This document shows, piece after piece, positions 8,394-16,382 of a DNA stretch of 21,381 bases (its first letter is position 1; every line of letters starts with the position of its first letter). Origin of the DNA: Leidyana gryllorum EB-2025a (Eukaryota > Protista > Apicomplexa); assembly GCA_048772705.1 (NCBI GenBank), contig JBLWGC010000034.1:1-21381 (forward strand), in the 5' to 3' direction. Under the pieces are notes generated by a model. It saw nothing but the letters and a program-made list of their open reading frames with translations, had not been told where the DNA came from and did not search any database. Made by a program: the position numbers and the translations under genes.

Positions 8394-8450
8394 AAACGCC
8401 TGAGTCGTCAGTATCGCCTGGCCCCGCTGGTTCGAATCTAGCAGCTGTCG
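8394..8450 (+). pseudogene. internally deleted tRNA-Ser
   Basis: Copy of 1391-1447. Confidence 0.6.
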
Positions 8451-8566
8451 AGTGACGTGGCAGGCGGAGTTCGAAAGACTCGTTATCTTATTTGAGACAG
8501 GGGATGAGTCAAGCTTGCTGAACCGTACGTGAAGCCACTGTCTGCGGGATGCCAAGTCCGACAGTT

Positions 8567-8648
8567 GGCAACTTGCCCGAGTGGTTAAGGGGGTAGACTT
8601 GAAATCTACTGGGCCTGGCCCGCGCTGGTTCAAATCCAGCAGTTGTCG
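8567..8648 (+). tRNA. trnS-TGA: tRNA-Ser(TGA)
   Basis: Intact, GTAGA-CTTGAAA-TCTAC. Confidence 0.95.
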
Positions 8649-8725
8649 TTCGATGTGATTGGAGGGGCAGACAACAAGCCTGAAACCCCAGAATGGTGCC
8701 TCAATCAAGCATCTGCCATCTTCTC

Positions 8726-8795
8726 TGCATCTGCGGGAATCGAACCTGGGTCGTCTAGGCGGCAACGACACAGTCTACCACTAAACCACAGATGC
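8726..8795 (-). pseudogene. tRNA-Gly(GCC), degenerate
   Basis: Anticodon stem broken. Confidence 0.78.
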
Positions 8796-8935
8796 GTTAC
8801 ACCTCCATTCCTGAATACAGAACGAAGAGTCTTAACTACTCCAGGCCGTCCAACTTAGGCCGGTACATATGAACCAGGCTCATCGGATGCGCGTTTCCAG
8901 AGACACACGCCCCTTCGGCAGTCCGGAAGCTCCGT

Positions 8936-9005
8936 GCAGCCATCTAGCGGTCACTACGTCGGCTTAACACGCAGAAGGTCCCGCGTTCAATCCTCGGTGG
9001 CTGTA
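8936..9005 (+). pseudogene. tRNA-Val(AAC) pseudogene
   Basis: 3-nt deletion before the D-arm plus mismatches. Confidence 0.78.
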
Positions 9006-9057
9006 ACACGCATCGTTCAGGCAAGCATCACGGAATCTAGAGCGGAAGACTATCTAT

Positions 9058-9129
9058 CTCCGAGACCGGGAATCGAACCCGGGTCTTCCGCGTGACAGGC
9101 GGAAATACTCACCACTATACTATCTCGGA
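9058..9129 (-). tRNA. trnD-GTC: tRNA-Asp(GTC)
   Basis: Intact. Confidence 0.95.
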
Positions 9130-9223
9130 CGCTCCGAGCACGCCGGCCTCCAACCCCAAAAGTCCTTTCATTTTGAGATTCCAAGGATAGAAAACGCGTG
9201 GAGCGGCGAGCCAACAACGCCCC

Positions 9224-9303
9224 GCGAACATGGCCGAGTGGTCTAAGGCGCTGTGCGCAGACCGGAGTCCGAGAGGGCGTGGGTTCGAATCCCACTTTTG
9301 TCA
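9224..9303 (+). pseudogene. tRNA-Leu(CAG), degenerate
   Basis: TGGCCGAGTGGTCTAAGGCG, GGGTTCGAATCCC; acceptor stem broken. Confidence 0.8.
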
Positions 9304-9337
9304 GGTTACCCCCTAAACGGGAAAAACATAGTCTGAT

Positions 9338-9409
9338 TGGGCCCAGAGTGATTTGAAGACACAACCTTCTGATCTGAAGTCAGACGCGCTACCGTTGCGC
9401 CATAGGCCC
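9338..9409 (-). tRNA. tRNA-Trp body with TCA (opal suppressor) anticodon
   Basis: TCTGA-CTTCAGA-TCAGA; acceptor and D arms intact; two T-stem mismatches. Confidence 0.8.
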
Positions 9410-9473
9410 AAAAACATCCCCCGTTCCAGACTCATTGCCTTGTGGTCAGGAGTGGAGGTTTCATTCCATCTTC

Positions 9474-9560
9474 AGGGCACGCGCGGAGCTGAACCGCGGA
9501 CTTGCTGATCTGCAGTCTGCTGATCTGCAATCAGCTGCTCTGCCACTGAGCTTCGTACCC
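9474..9560 (-). pseudogene. tRNA-Cys(GCA) with 15-nt duplication in the anticodon arm
   Basis: TGCTGATCTGCAGTC / TGCTGATCTGCAATC tandem. Confidence 0.8.
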
Positions 9561-9624
9561 AGAACTGCCCCTCATACTCGCTCAACTCGATTCTGTCTTC
9601 TCATTTGAAGCAAAACGGTCGTGC

Positions 9625-9651
9625 ACGTCGTGACTACTAGACCATGGCTGC
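9625..9651 (-). pseudogene. tRNA-Val 5' fragment
   Basis: GCAGCCATGGTCTAGTAGTCACGACGT only. Confidence 0.65.
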
Positions 9652-9903
9652 ACGGAAGGTCCCGCAGACCAAGAGGAGTGGTGAGGTTTCACAAAGTAGT
9701 GCATTTGGCCATGTGGCCAGCTCGCTTTCTGTCCCGTCACTCCAACCTTTGTAGTCTGTTGGGCTGACACGCGACTCCCACATACTACGGAAGTTCCAAG
9801 CCACTTCACATGTCAGGCTATCGGGTTTTGTGCCCTTTGATCCATCGATAGGCTGTCTAACAACGGCTGTCACCACGTACAAAATGCAGCAAAATTATGT
9901 TCT

Positions 9904-9974
9904 GCATCTGTGGTCTAGTGGTAGAATGTCTCGTTGCCATCGAGACGACCCGGGTTCGATTCCCGACAGATCCA
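9904..9974 (+). tRNA. trnG-GCC: tRNA-Gly(GCC), variant
   Basis: Two 3' mismatches. Confidence 0.85.
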
Positions 9975-10038
9975 GATGAGATAGCACATGGTTGAGTTTC
10001 ATGCGGGAGTTGTTGTCTGCCCCTCCAATCACACCACA

Positions 10039-10120
10039 CGACAACTGCTGGATTTGAACCAGCGCGGGCCAGGCCCAGTAGATTTCTAGTCTACCCCCTT
10101 AACCACTCGGGCAAGTTGCC
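10039..10120 (-). tRNA. trnS-AGA: tRNA-Ser(AGA)
   Basis: Intact. Confidence 0.95.
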
Positions 10121-10424
10121 GCTGTCGAACTTGGCATTTTGCGGCCAGTGGCTTCACATACGGTTCAGCGAGCTTTACTAGGACTGCGCGCGCCGCCCGA
10201 ACCCGCGGATCTTCCTTCAAAAGTCTTGCGCTCTACTGACGGAGTTGGGGCGGCAAGGAAGCTCGCCCCGTACCCGAGGAAGACCCAAGATTCCACGATC
10301 AATACAAATGAAATTGGTTACTAAGTCCGAATCTGTATCAGAGATCCACTCACTTGATCACGCCGACATACCATGTTTTCCAAGACGGTACGGCTCTCGG
10401 CCGAAGCCCCAACTCAACCACTTG

Positions 10425-10496
10425 TCCACTGTAGTCTAAGTGGCTAGGACATGCGGCTTTCACCCACACGATCCGGGCTCAAGTCCGGCAGTGGAA
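10425..10496 (+). tRNA. trnE-TTC: tRNA-Glu(TTC), degenerate
   Basis: CT-TTC-AC loop; T-arm changes. Confidence 0.78.
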
Positions 10497-10584
10497 CTCA
10501 GTGGTTGAGGTCAGTGGAATACTCGAGCAAAGTGCCCAGCAATCTCCGTCAATAGTGTCTGATTCGTGATCTTCGGCCTGCATT

Positions 10585-10656
10585 GCCTTCTTAGCTTAGA
10601 GGCAGAGCATTCGCTTAGTGAGCGAAAGGTCGCCGGTTCGATTCCGGCAGGAGGCT
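10585..10656 (+). tRNA. trnT-AGT: tRNA-Thr(AGT), variant
   Basis: Thr body, A37G. Confidence 0.85.
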
Positions 10657-10670
10657 TCAGTCAGGAGCCC

Positions 10671-10734
10671 AAACATGGTTGCGATCTCCGCCCGGATTTT
10701 CGGACGGCGGCAGACAGCACTCGACCATCTCGCC
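10671..10734 (-). pseudogene. decayed tRNA-Leu
   Basis: Copy of 3188-3257. Confidence 0.55.
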
Positions 10735-10824
10735 GAAGTGTGGCTCGCCGTTCCACCCGTTTCCCGTCCGTGTAATCTCAAAATGCGAGGACTTCTGGGA
10801 TTGGAGGCCAGCGTGTTCAGAGGG

Positions 10825-10896
10825 TCCGAGTTAGTATAGTGGTTAGTGTCTCCGCCTGTCACGCGGAAGACCCGGGTTCGATCCCCGGCCTCGAAA
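10825..10896 (+). tRNA. trnD-GTC: tRNA-Asp(GTC), degenerate
   Basis: Acceptor mismatches. Confidence 0.75.
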
Positions 10897-10951
10897 CGCA
10901 GGTGGTTTCGCTTAAGATTCTGTCCTTTGGATCTCGCTGAAAGTTGCGAGC

Positions 10952-11024
10952 TACAGCCACCGAGGATCGAACTCGGGACCTTCTGCGTGTGAAGCAGACG
11001 TCGTAACCACTAGACCATGGCTGC
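10952..11024 (-). tRNA. trnV-CAC: tRNA-Val(CAC)
   Basis: Intact, TCTGC-TTCACAC-GCAGA. Confidence 0.94.
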
Positions 11025-11088
11025 ACGGCAGGTCCCCGCAGCCCAGGAGAAGTGGCGAAGCTTCAGGGAGTAGTGAGGACCAGTTCAA

Positions 11089-11158
11089 GGGTCGCGCCGG
11101 GATCGAACTCAGGTCGGAAAATCCAAAGTGTCGAGTGCTAACCACCAAGGACGCAACC
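11089..11158 (-). pseudogene. tRNA-Gln(TTG) pseudogene
   Basis: GGTTGCG/CGCGACC acceptor; arms degraded. Confidence 0.75.
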
Positions 11159-11315
11159 GGTTCAGCCCGTCCCAGAAGAGTCGGACTAGCGCTTCCTCAA
11201 CTGGACACATGGAACACGGGTCTTGTATACAGACCCCAGCGTCAAGAGTTGGATTCTAGTCGGGCAAAAACCTCAGTTCAATCATTCAACCAGTTGCGCT
11301 CTCCCCGAATGCTAC

Positions 11316-11396
11316 CGACAAGGGTGAGATTCGAACTCACGCGGGTGGAACCCAACGGCTTAGCAGGCCGCCGCTTAACCACTCGGCCACCTTGCC
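11316..11396 (-). tRNA. trnS-GCT: tRNA-Ser(GCT)
   Basis: GCGGC-CTGCTAA-GCCGT, long variable arm; probable 1-nt D-stem deletion. Confidence 0.88.
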
Positions 11397-11505
11397 GACG
11401 ACATCTCTTACTCGCTGGCACTTTTTCACATCGGTTTGGGGTCCTAGTCAAGCTTGCTGAACCGTATGTGACATCACTGGCCGCAAAATGCCGAGTTCGA
11501 CAGGT

Positions 11506-11587
11506 GGCAACTTGCCCGAGTGATTAAGGGGGTAAACTCGAAATCTACTGGGCCTGGCCCCCGCTGGTTCAAATCCAGCAGTTGTCG
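11506..11587 (+). tRNA. trnS-CGA: tRNA-Ser(CGA), variant
   Basis: CT-CGA-AA loop on the Ser body. Confidence 0.82.
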
Positions 11588-11652
11588 TGCGATGTGATCG
11601 GAGGGGTCAAACACCAACTCACGCATAAAACTCAACCATGTGCTATCTCCTC

Positions 11653-11723
11653 TGCATCTGCCGGGAATCGAACCCGGGTCGTCTCGATGGCAACGAGACA
11701 TTCTACCACTAGACCACAGATGC
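11653..11723 (-). tRNA. trnG-GCC: tRNA-Gly(GCC)
   Basis: Intact. Confidence 0.95.
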
Positions 11724-11817
11724 GTGACCTTGTTGTTGGAGCTCGTACACAATAACGGCCGTTTTGCTTCGAATGAGAAGACAGGGTCAAGCTGAGCGAG
11801 TATGAGAGGCGCCTCGT

Positions 11818-11889
11818 GGGTACGTAACTCAGTGGTAGAGCATTTGACTGCAGATCAGCAAGTCCGTGGTTCAACTTCGCGCGTGCCCT
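11818..11889 (+). tRNA. trnC-GCA: tRNA-Cys(GCA), variant
   Basis: CT-GCA-GA loop, U73. Confidence 0.82.
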
Positions 11890-11941
11890 TCCAAGGTCGT
11901 AAATATGTATTTAAATACCGGCAGTTGCAGACTACGAAGTT

Positions 11942-12014
11942 TGGACGACCTGGGCATCGATTCCAGTACCTCTCGCATGCTAAGCGAGCGCTCTACCATT
12001 CGAGCTAGTCGCCC
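11942..12014 (-). tRNA. trnA-AGC: tRNA-Ala(AGC), variant
   Basis: Two substitutions versus 165-237. Confidence 0.88.
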
Positions 12015-12102
12015 GTTGTGCAGACCCCATCGCATTTTTTTGTTCTCAACACCGTATGACCACTCTCTCGACTGTATTCAGCGGGTTTCACGACCGAGAG
12101 GC

Positions 12103-12174
12103 GGCTGATTGGTCTAGTGGTATGATTCTTCCTTTGGGTGGAAGGAGTCGTGGTTTCGATTCCCAGAACAGCCC
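12103..12174 (+). tRNA. trnP-TGG: tRNA-Pro(TGG), degenerate
   Basis: CTTCC-TTTGGGT-GGAAG; T-stem mismatches. Confidence 0.8.
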
Positions 12175-12212
12175 GTCTGATAGTTGTTGACGCAACAGGC
12201 TGCAATTCGCCC

Positions 12213-12284
12213 AGACGCTACTGGGACTCGAACCCAGAATCCCGGTTCCGTAGACCGATGCCATATCCATTAGGCCACTGCACC
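12213..12284 (-). tRNA. trnR-ACG: tRNA-Arg(ACG), variant
   Basis: TCGGT-CTACGGA-ACCGG. Confidence 0.82.
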
Positions 12285-12379
12285 ATGGATAAGCTTCGTT
12301 CATCTCGATAGTGGTGGGTGAAAGAGGAGACACCTTGGGCAGCCGGTTCTGTCCTCAAAAGTCGGATGGGTCACCGAAT

Positions 12380-12452
12380 GCGGTTGTGGCGCAGTGGATA
12401 GCCCGTTGCCCTGCTAGGGCAAAGATTGAGGGTTCGAGTCCCTCCAGCCGTT
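12380..12452 (+). tRNA. tRNA-Arg-type body with GCT anticodon
   Basis: TTGCC-CTGCTAG-GGCAA; short variable loop; GGATA D-loop. Confidence 0.82.
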
Positions 12453-12479
12453 TCCAGCGTGCCTTCGTCGATGCAGTCG

Positions 12480-12551
12480 AGCCTTCTGCCGGAATCGAAC
12501 CGGCGACCTTTCGCTTACTAAGCGAATGCTCTGCCCCTAAGCTAAGAAGGC
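12480..12551 (-). tRNA. trnT-AGT: tRNA-Thr(AGT)
   Basis: Intact. Confidence 0.95.
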
Positions 12552-12627
12552 AATGCAAGCCAAAGATCACGAATCAGTCACTATTGACGGAGGTTACTGG
12601 AGCACTTTGCTCGAATGGTCCAATGGC

Positions 12628-12700
12628 TTCCACTGCCGGGACTTGAACCCTTATCGTGCGGGTGAAAGCCGCATATCCTAGCCACTTAGACTACAGTGGA
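12628..12700 (-). tRNA. trnE-TTC: tRNA-Glu(TTC), T-stem mismatch
   Basis: TGCGG-CTTTCAC-CCGCA. Confidence 0.85.
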
Positions 12701-12781
12701 CAAGCTCCCGAGCTGAGGCTTCGGACGAGAGTTGTACCATCTTGAGATGAGGTGGAGCGTCGGGTCAACCGACAAGCAACG

Positions 12782-12853
12782 GGGCTGTTCTGGGAATCGA
12801 ACCCAGGACTTCTTCCACCCGAAGGAAGAATCATACCACCAGACCAAACAGCC
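12782..12853 (-). tRNA. trnP-CGG: tRNA-Pro(CGG)
   Basis: Near intact. Confidence 0.92.
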
Positions 12854-12974
12854 ACCTAGTCGGTGGTTCAACCCGCTGGGTACAGTCGAGAGACTCGTCT
12901 CACTATGTGAGGCTGGTCCGTGAAATTCAAAATGCGAGGAGTTCTGGGGTTGGAGGCCGGCGTGCTTACTAGCG

Positions 12975-13046
12975 TCCAAGATAGTATAGTGATTAGTATT
13001 TCCGCCTGTCACGCGGAAGACCCGGGTTCGATTCCCGATTTCGGAG
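12975..13046 (+). tRNA. trnD-GTC: tRNA-Asp(GTC), variant
   Basis: Few mismatches. Confidence 0.8.
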
Positions 13047-13184
13047 CAGTTCCAGCCCCTCACAACTGCTGCAACTCAGACTTTGTCTCAGCTGGTCTGG
13101 ACTTCATCCGGCATTGTAAGAGTGGGAGCCGCATATAGAAGCCGACCTTGGAGAGACGTGGCATTGAGTCAACAACTATCAAAC

Positions 13185-13252
13185 GGGCTGTTCTGGGAAT
13201 CGAACCCAGGACTTCTTCCACCAAAGGAAGAATATATAACTGGACCAAACAG
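13185..13252 (-). pseudogene. tRNA-Pro(TGG) pseudogene
   Basis: T-arm intact; D-arm and 5' end degraded. Confidence 0.78.
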
Positions 13253-13269
13253 AGCGCTGTGGGTGCGTC

Positions 13270-13341
13270 AGGTACTGGCAGGTTCCAAACCTGCGACTTC
13301 ATGGCTAAGAGACTTACACTCTGATGGCTGAGCTACGAGGC
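13270..13341 (-). pseudogene. tRNA-Lys(CTT)-like pseudogene
   Basis: Copy of 2397-2465. Confidence 0.55.
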
Positions 13342-13397
13342 TCAGCTACGATGATTGGAGTTGCGATAAGCTTGCAGGTGCCCATTCGATGCAGTCG

Positions 13398-13469
13398 AGC
13401 CTTCTGCCGGAATCGAACCGGCGACCTTTCGCTTACTAAGCGAATGCTCTGCCCCTAAGCTAAGAAGGC
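13398..13469 (-). tRNA. trnT-AGT: tRNA-Thr(AGT)
   Basis: Intact. Confidence 0.95.
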
Positions 13470-13545
13470 AATGCAAGCCAAAGATCACGAATCAGTCACT
13501 ATTGACGGGGATTACTGAGGCACTTTGCTCGAATGGTCCAATGAC

Positions 13546-13618
13546 TTCCACTGCCGGGTCTTGAACCCGGATCGTGCGGGTGAGAGCCGCATATCCTAGC
13601 CACTTAGACTACAGTGGA
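13546..13618 (-). tRNA. trnE-CTC: tRNA-Glu(CTC)
   Basis: TGCGG-CTCTCAC-CCGCA. Confidence 0.92.
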
Positions 13619-13698
13619 CAACTTCCTCAGCTGCAGCTTTAGCCGAGAGCCGTACCCTCTTGATCTGAGATAGAGCGTCGGGTTAACCGACAACCAAC

Positions 13699-13770
13699 GG
13701 GCTGTTCTGGGAATCGAACCCAGGACTTCTTCCACCCGAAGGAAGAATCATACCACTAGACCAAACAGCC
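13699..13770 (-). tRNA. trnP-CGG: tRNA-Pro(CGG)
   Basis: Intact. Confidence 0.95.
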
Positions 13771-13859
13771 GCCTGTCGGTCGTACAACGCGGTGAGCACA
13801 GTCGCGAGAGTGGTCATACGATGTTGAGAATCAACAAAATGCGACGGGGTCTGCACAAA

Positions 13860-13932
13860 GGGCGACTAGCTCAAATGGTAGAGCGCTCGCTTAGCATGCG
13901 AGAGGTACTGGGATCGATGCCCAGGTCGTCCA
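13860..13932 (+). tRNA. trnA-AGC: tRNA-Ala(AGC)
   Basis: Identical to 165-237. Confidence 0.95.
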
Positions 13933-14209
13933 AACTTCGTAGTCTGCAAGTGCCGCTTTTTACTACAGAGTTGAAAGCTTTCAAGTGTGCCCTTTACCCC
14001 TTGGCTAGACTCGGGCACCGCAGTATGTGTGAAGGTTGCCTCAGAGCCCGGATTTCCGAGTTTGCATTTTACAATCACACACTCTGCCGACGAAGATACC
14101 AGAGTCAGTTACAATATTTCAAAGGTCAGTTGAGAGACGCGTGTTGCATGTGTCCAGTTGGGAGCGCTAGCCCGGATGATTCTACCGACTCTTTTGGATG
14201 GGCTGAACC

Positions 14210-14281
14210 GGTTGCGTGGTGTAGTGGTTAGCACTGGAGACTCTGAATCTCCCGACCTGGGTTCGATTCCCGGCGCGACCT
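14210..14281 (+). tRNA. trnQ-CTG: tRNA-Gln(CTG)
   Basis: GGAGA-CTCTGAA-TCTCC, intact. Confidence 0.95.
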
Positions 14282-14332
14282 TGGAACTGGTCCTCACTAT
14301 TCTCTGAAACTTCGCCATCTCTTGCCATTCGT

Positions 14333-14359
14333 GCAGCCACGGTCTAGTGGTCTCGACGT
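14333..14359 (+). pseudogene. tRNA-Val 5' fragment
   Basis: Inverted copy of 9625-9651. Confidence 0.6.
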
Positions 14360-14423
14360 ACACGACCATTTTACTTCAAATGAGAAGATAGAATCGAGTT
14401 GAGCGAGTGTGAGGGGCAGTTCT

Positions 14424-14495
14424 GGGTACGTAGCTCAGTGGTAGAGCAGCTGACTGCAGATCAGCAGGCTCGTGGTTCAACTCCGCACGTGCCCT
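14424..14495 (+). tRNA. trnC-GCA: tRNA-Cys(GCA)
   Basis: GCTGA-CTGCAGA-TCAGC; T-stem imperfect. Confidence 0.88.
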
Positions 14496-14564
14496 GGAGA
14501 TGGGCTAAAACGCTCGAAGTTGTTGGTCCAACATTCCTGATCACAATGCAATGAGTCTGGAGCG

Positions 14565-14639
14565 GGGCCTATGGCGGAACGTAGCAGGTCTGACGGCAGC
14601 TTAGAAAATTGGGCGTTCGAATCGCTCAATTTGACCTCA
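14565..14639 (+). pseudogene. decayed tRNA-Trp
   Basis: Inverted copy of 4648-4722; loop CGGCAGC. Confidence 0.65.
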
Positions 14640-14664
14640 TGATCTTCCCGTATGGGGGGCAACC

Positions 14665-14725
14665 TGAGAAGAGTGGGATTCGGGCCGACGCCCTTCCAGT
14701 ACTGCGCCGTCTACAGCTTCTTGCC
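14665..14725 (-). pseudogene. decayed tRNA-Leu
   Basis: Inverted copy of 4560-4622. Confidence 0.65.
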
Positions 14726-14806
14726 AGTGTCTGAAAGGCTCTGATGTTTGATTCTAACTCAGGGGGATCCAGCATCCGGGTCGGTGCCATCTGTCGTCGC
14801 AGAAGT

Positions 14807-14880
14807 GGTCGCGTAGCTCAGTCGGTTAGAGCGTGAGCCTAATAAGCTCAAGGTCCCCGGTTCGAGCCCGGGCGTGACCA
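14807..14880 (+). tRNA. trnI-AAT: tRNA-Ile(AAT)
   Basis: Identical to 4404-4477. Confidence 0.95.
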
Positions 14881-15116
14881 AGTGAGTAGATCTCTGATAA
14901 ATAGTTGTCCTGGACCCGGAGGAAGCCTCAACATTCTGCGACCAATACGAAAGGAACTAGTTACTAAGTCCGAGCTTCCTTGCCGCGCCAGCTCCGTCGG
15001 TAGACCCCTAAACTTTCAATGGAGAGACCGCAGCTTCGGGCAGCGCCAGCAGTCCGAGTCAAGCTTGCTGAACCGTATGTGAAGCCACAGGGCGCAAGAT
15101 GCCAAGTCCGACAGGT

Positions 15117-15198
15117 GGCAACTTGCCCGAGTGGTTAAGGGGGTAGACTAGAAATCTACTGGGCCTGGCACGCGCTGGTTCAAATCCAGCAGTTATCG
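15117..15198 (+). tRNA. trnS-AGA: tRNA-Ser(AGA), variant
   Basis: Two mismatches. Confidence 0.88.
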
Positions 15199-15280
15199 TG
15201 CGATCTGATTGGAGGGGCAGACAACAACTCACTCCTGAAACCCCAGAATGGTGCCTCAATCAACCATCTGCCATCTTCTC

Positions 15281-15351
15281 TGCATCTGCCGGGAATCGAA
15301 CCTGGGTCGTCTCGGTGGCAACGACACAGTCTACCACTAAACCACAGATGC
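15281..15351 (-). tRNA. trnG-GCC: tRNA-Gly(GCC), degenerate
   Basis: D-stem and anticodon-stem mismatches. Confidence 0.78.
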
Positions 15352-15493
15352 GTGACATCTCCATTCCTGAATACAAAGCGAAGGGTCTTAAAACTAGTCC
15401 AGGCCGTCCAACTTAAGCCGATACATAAAAACCAGGCTCATCGGATACGTGGTTCCAGAGACACACGCTCCTTTCGCAGTCCGGAAGCTCCGT

Positions 15494-15563
15494 GCAGCCA
15501 TCTAGTGGTCACGACGTCTGTTTAACACGCAGAAGGTCCCGAGTTCCATCCTCGGTGGCTGTA
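15494..15563 (+). pseudogene. tRNA-Val(AAC) pseudogene
   Basis: Same 3-nt deletion as 8936-9005. Confidence 0.78.
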
Positions 15564-15615
15564 ACACGCATCGTTCAGGTGAGCATCACGAAATCTAGAG
15601 AGGAAGACGATCTGT

Positions 15616-15687
15616 CTCCGAGACCGGAAATCGAACCCGGGTCTTCCGCGTGTCAGGCGGAAATACTAACCACTAGACTATCTCGGC
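15616..15687 (-). pseudogene. tRNA-Asp body with GAC anticodon
   Basis: TCCGC-CTGACAC-GCGGA; other mismatches. Confidence 0.8.
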
Positions 15688-15822
15688 CGCTCTGAATACG
15701 CCGGCCTCCAACTCAAAAAAGTCTTTCCATTTTGTTGTGCAGACCCCATCGCATTTGTTGGCTCTCAACATAGTATGACCACTATCTCAACTGTCCTCAG
15801 CGGGTTGCACGACCGACCAGCC

Positions 15823-15894
15823 GGCTGTTTGGTCTAGTGGTATGATCCTTCCTTAGGGTGGAAGGAGTCTTGGGTTCGATTCCCAGAACAGCCC
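15823..15894 (+). tRNA. trnP-AGG: tRNA-Pro(AGG)
   Basis: CTTCC-TTAGGGT-GGAAG. Confidence 0.92.
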
Positions 15895-16030
15895 TCTTGG
15901 TCGTCGGTTGACCCGACGGGACAAGTTGCCCTCACAGCCAACACAGCCACCTCGTTAGCCCACTTCGGCACTGAAGGGCATTAACATCTCAAGAATCGCA
16001 TTTCGGCTCCCTCTTCCATGTTGCAGACTG

Positions 16031-16102
16031 AGCAGTGTAGCTCAGTGGAAGAGTGTTGGGCTCAGAACCCAAAGGTTCGTCGATCGAAACGACGCACTGC
16101 TA
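16031..16102 (+). tRNA. initiator-type tRNA body with CAG anticodon
   Basis: AGCAGTG/CACTGCT, TTGGG-CTCAGAA-CCCAA, CGTCG-ATCGAAA-CGACG. Confidence 0.88.
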
Positions 16103-16138
16103 AGTGTGCGCATATAGAATTGATTGGGTCGTGAGCAA

Positions 16139-16210
16139 AGCCTTCTGCCGAAATCGAACCGGCGACCCATCGCTTACTAAGCGAATGCTCTGCCCCTAAG
16201 CTAAGAAGGC
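16139..16210 (-). tRNA. trnT-AGT: tRNA-Thr(AGT), degenerate
   Basis: Stem mismatches. Confidence 0.8.
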
Positions 16211-16278
16211 AATACAAGCCGAAGATCACGAATCAGTTACTATTGACGGGGATTACTGGAGCACTTTGCTCGAGTAAC

Positions 16279-16351
16279 TTCCACTGCCGGGACTTGAACC
16301 CGGATCGTGCGGGTGAAAGCGGCATATCCTAGCCACTTAGACTACAGTGGA
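16279..16351 (-). tRNA. trnE-TTC: tRNA-Glu(TTC)
   Basis: Anticodon-stem mismatch. Confidence 0.85.
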
Positions 16352-16382
16352 CGAGCTCCCAAGATGACCGAAGCTTGTCTAT

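Larger units (their letters stand above)
7646..8648 (+). repeat. ~1 kb module, right arm of inverted repeat
   Basis: Shares private deletions with 5115-6118. Confidence 0.9.
9904..10496 (+). repeat. Gly-Ser-Ile(fragment)-Glu module; direct copy at 20810-21381
   Basis: Shared Ile truncation junction CACTTGATCACGCCGACAT. Confidence 0.85.
12470..12853 (+). repeat. Thr-Glu-Pro module; copies at 13388-13770 and 19537-19920
   Basis: Same spacers and order. Confidence 0.88.

Noticed and set aside
9338-9409. tRNA-Sec
   Set aside because: 72-nt Trp body without long variable arm or extended acceptor stem
14910-14930. SRP RNA helix-8-like GGACCCGGAGGAAGC
   Set aside because: No supporting stem and not conserved between module copies
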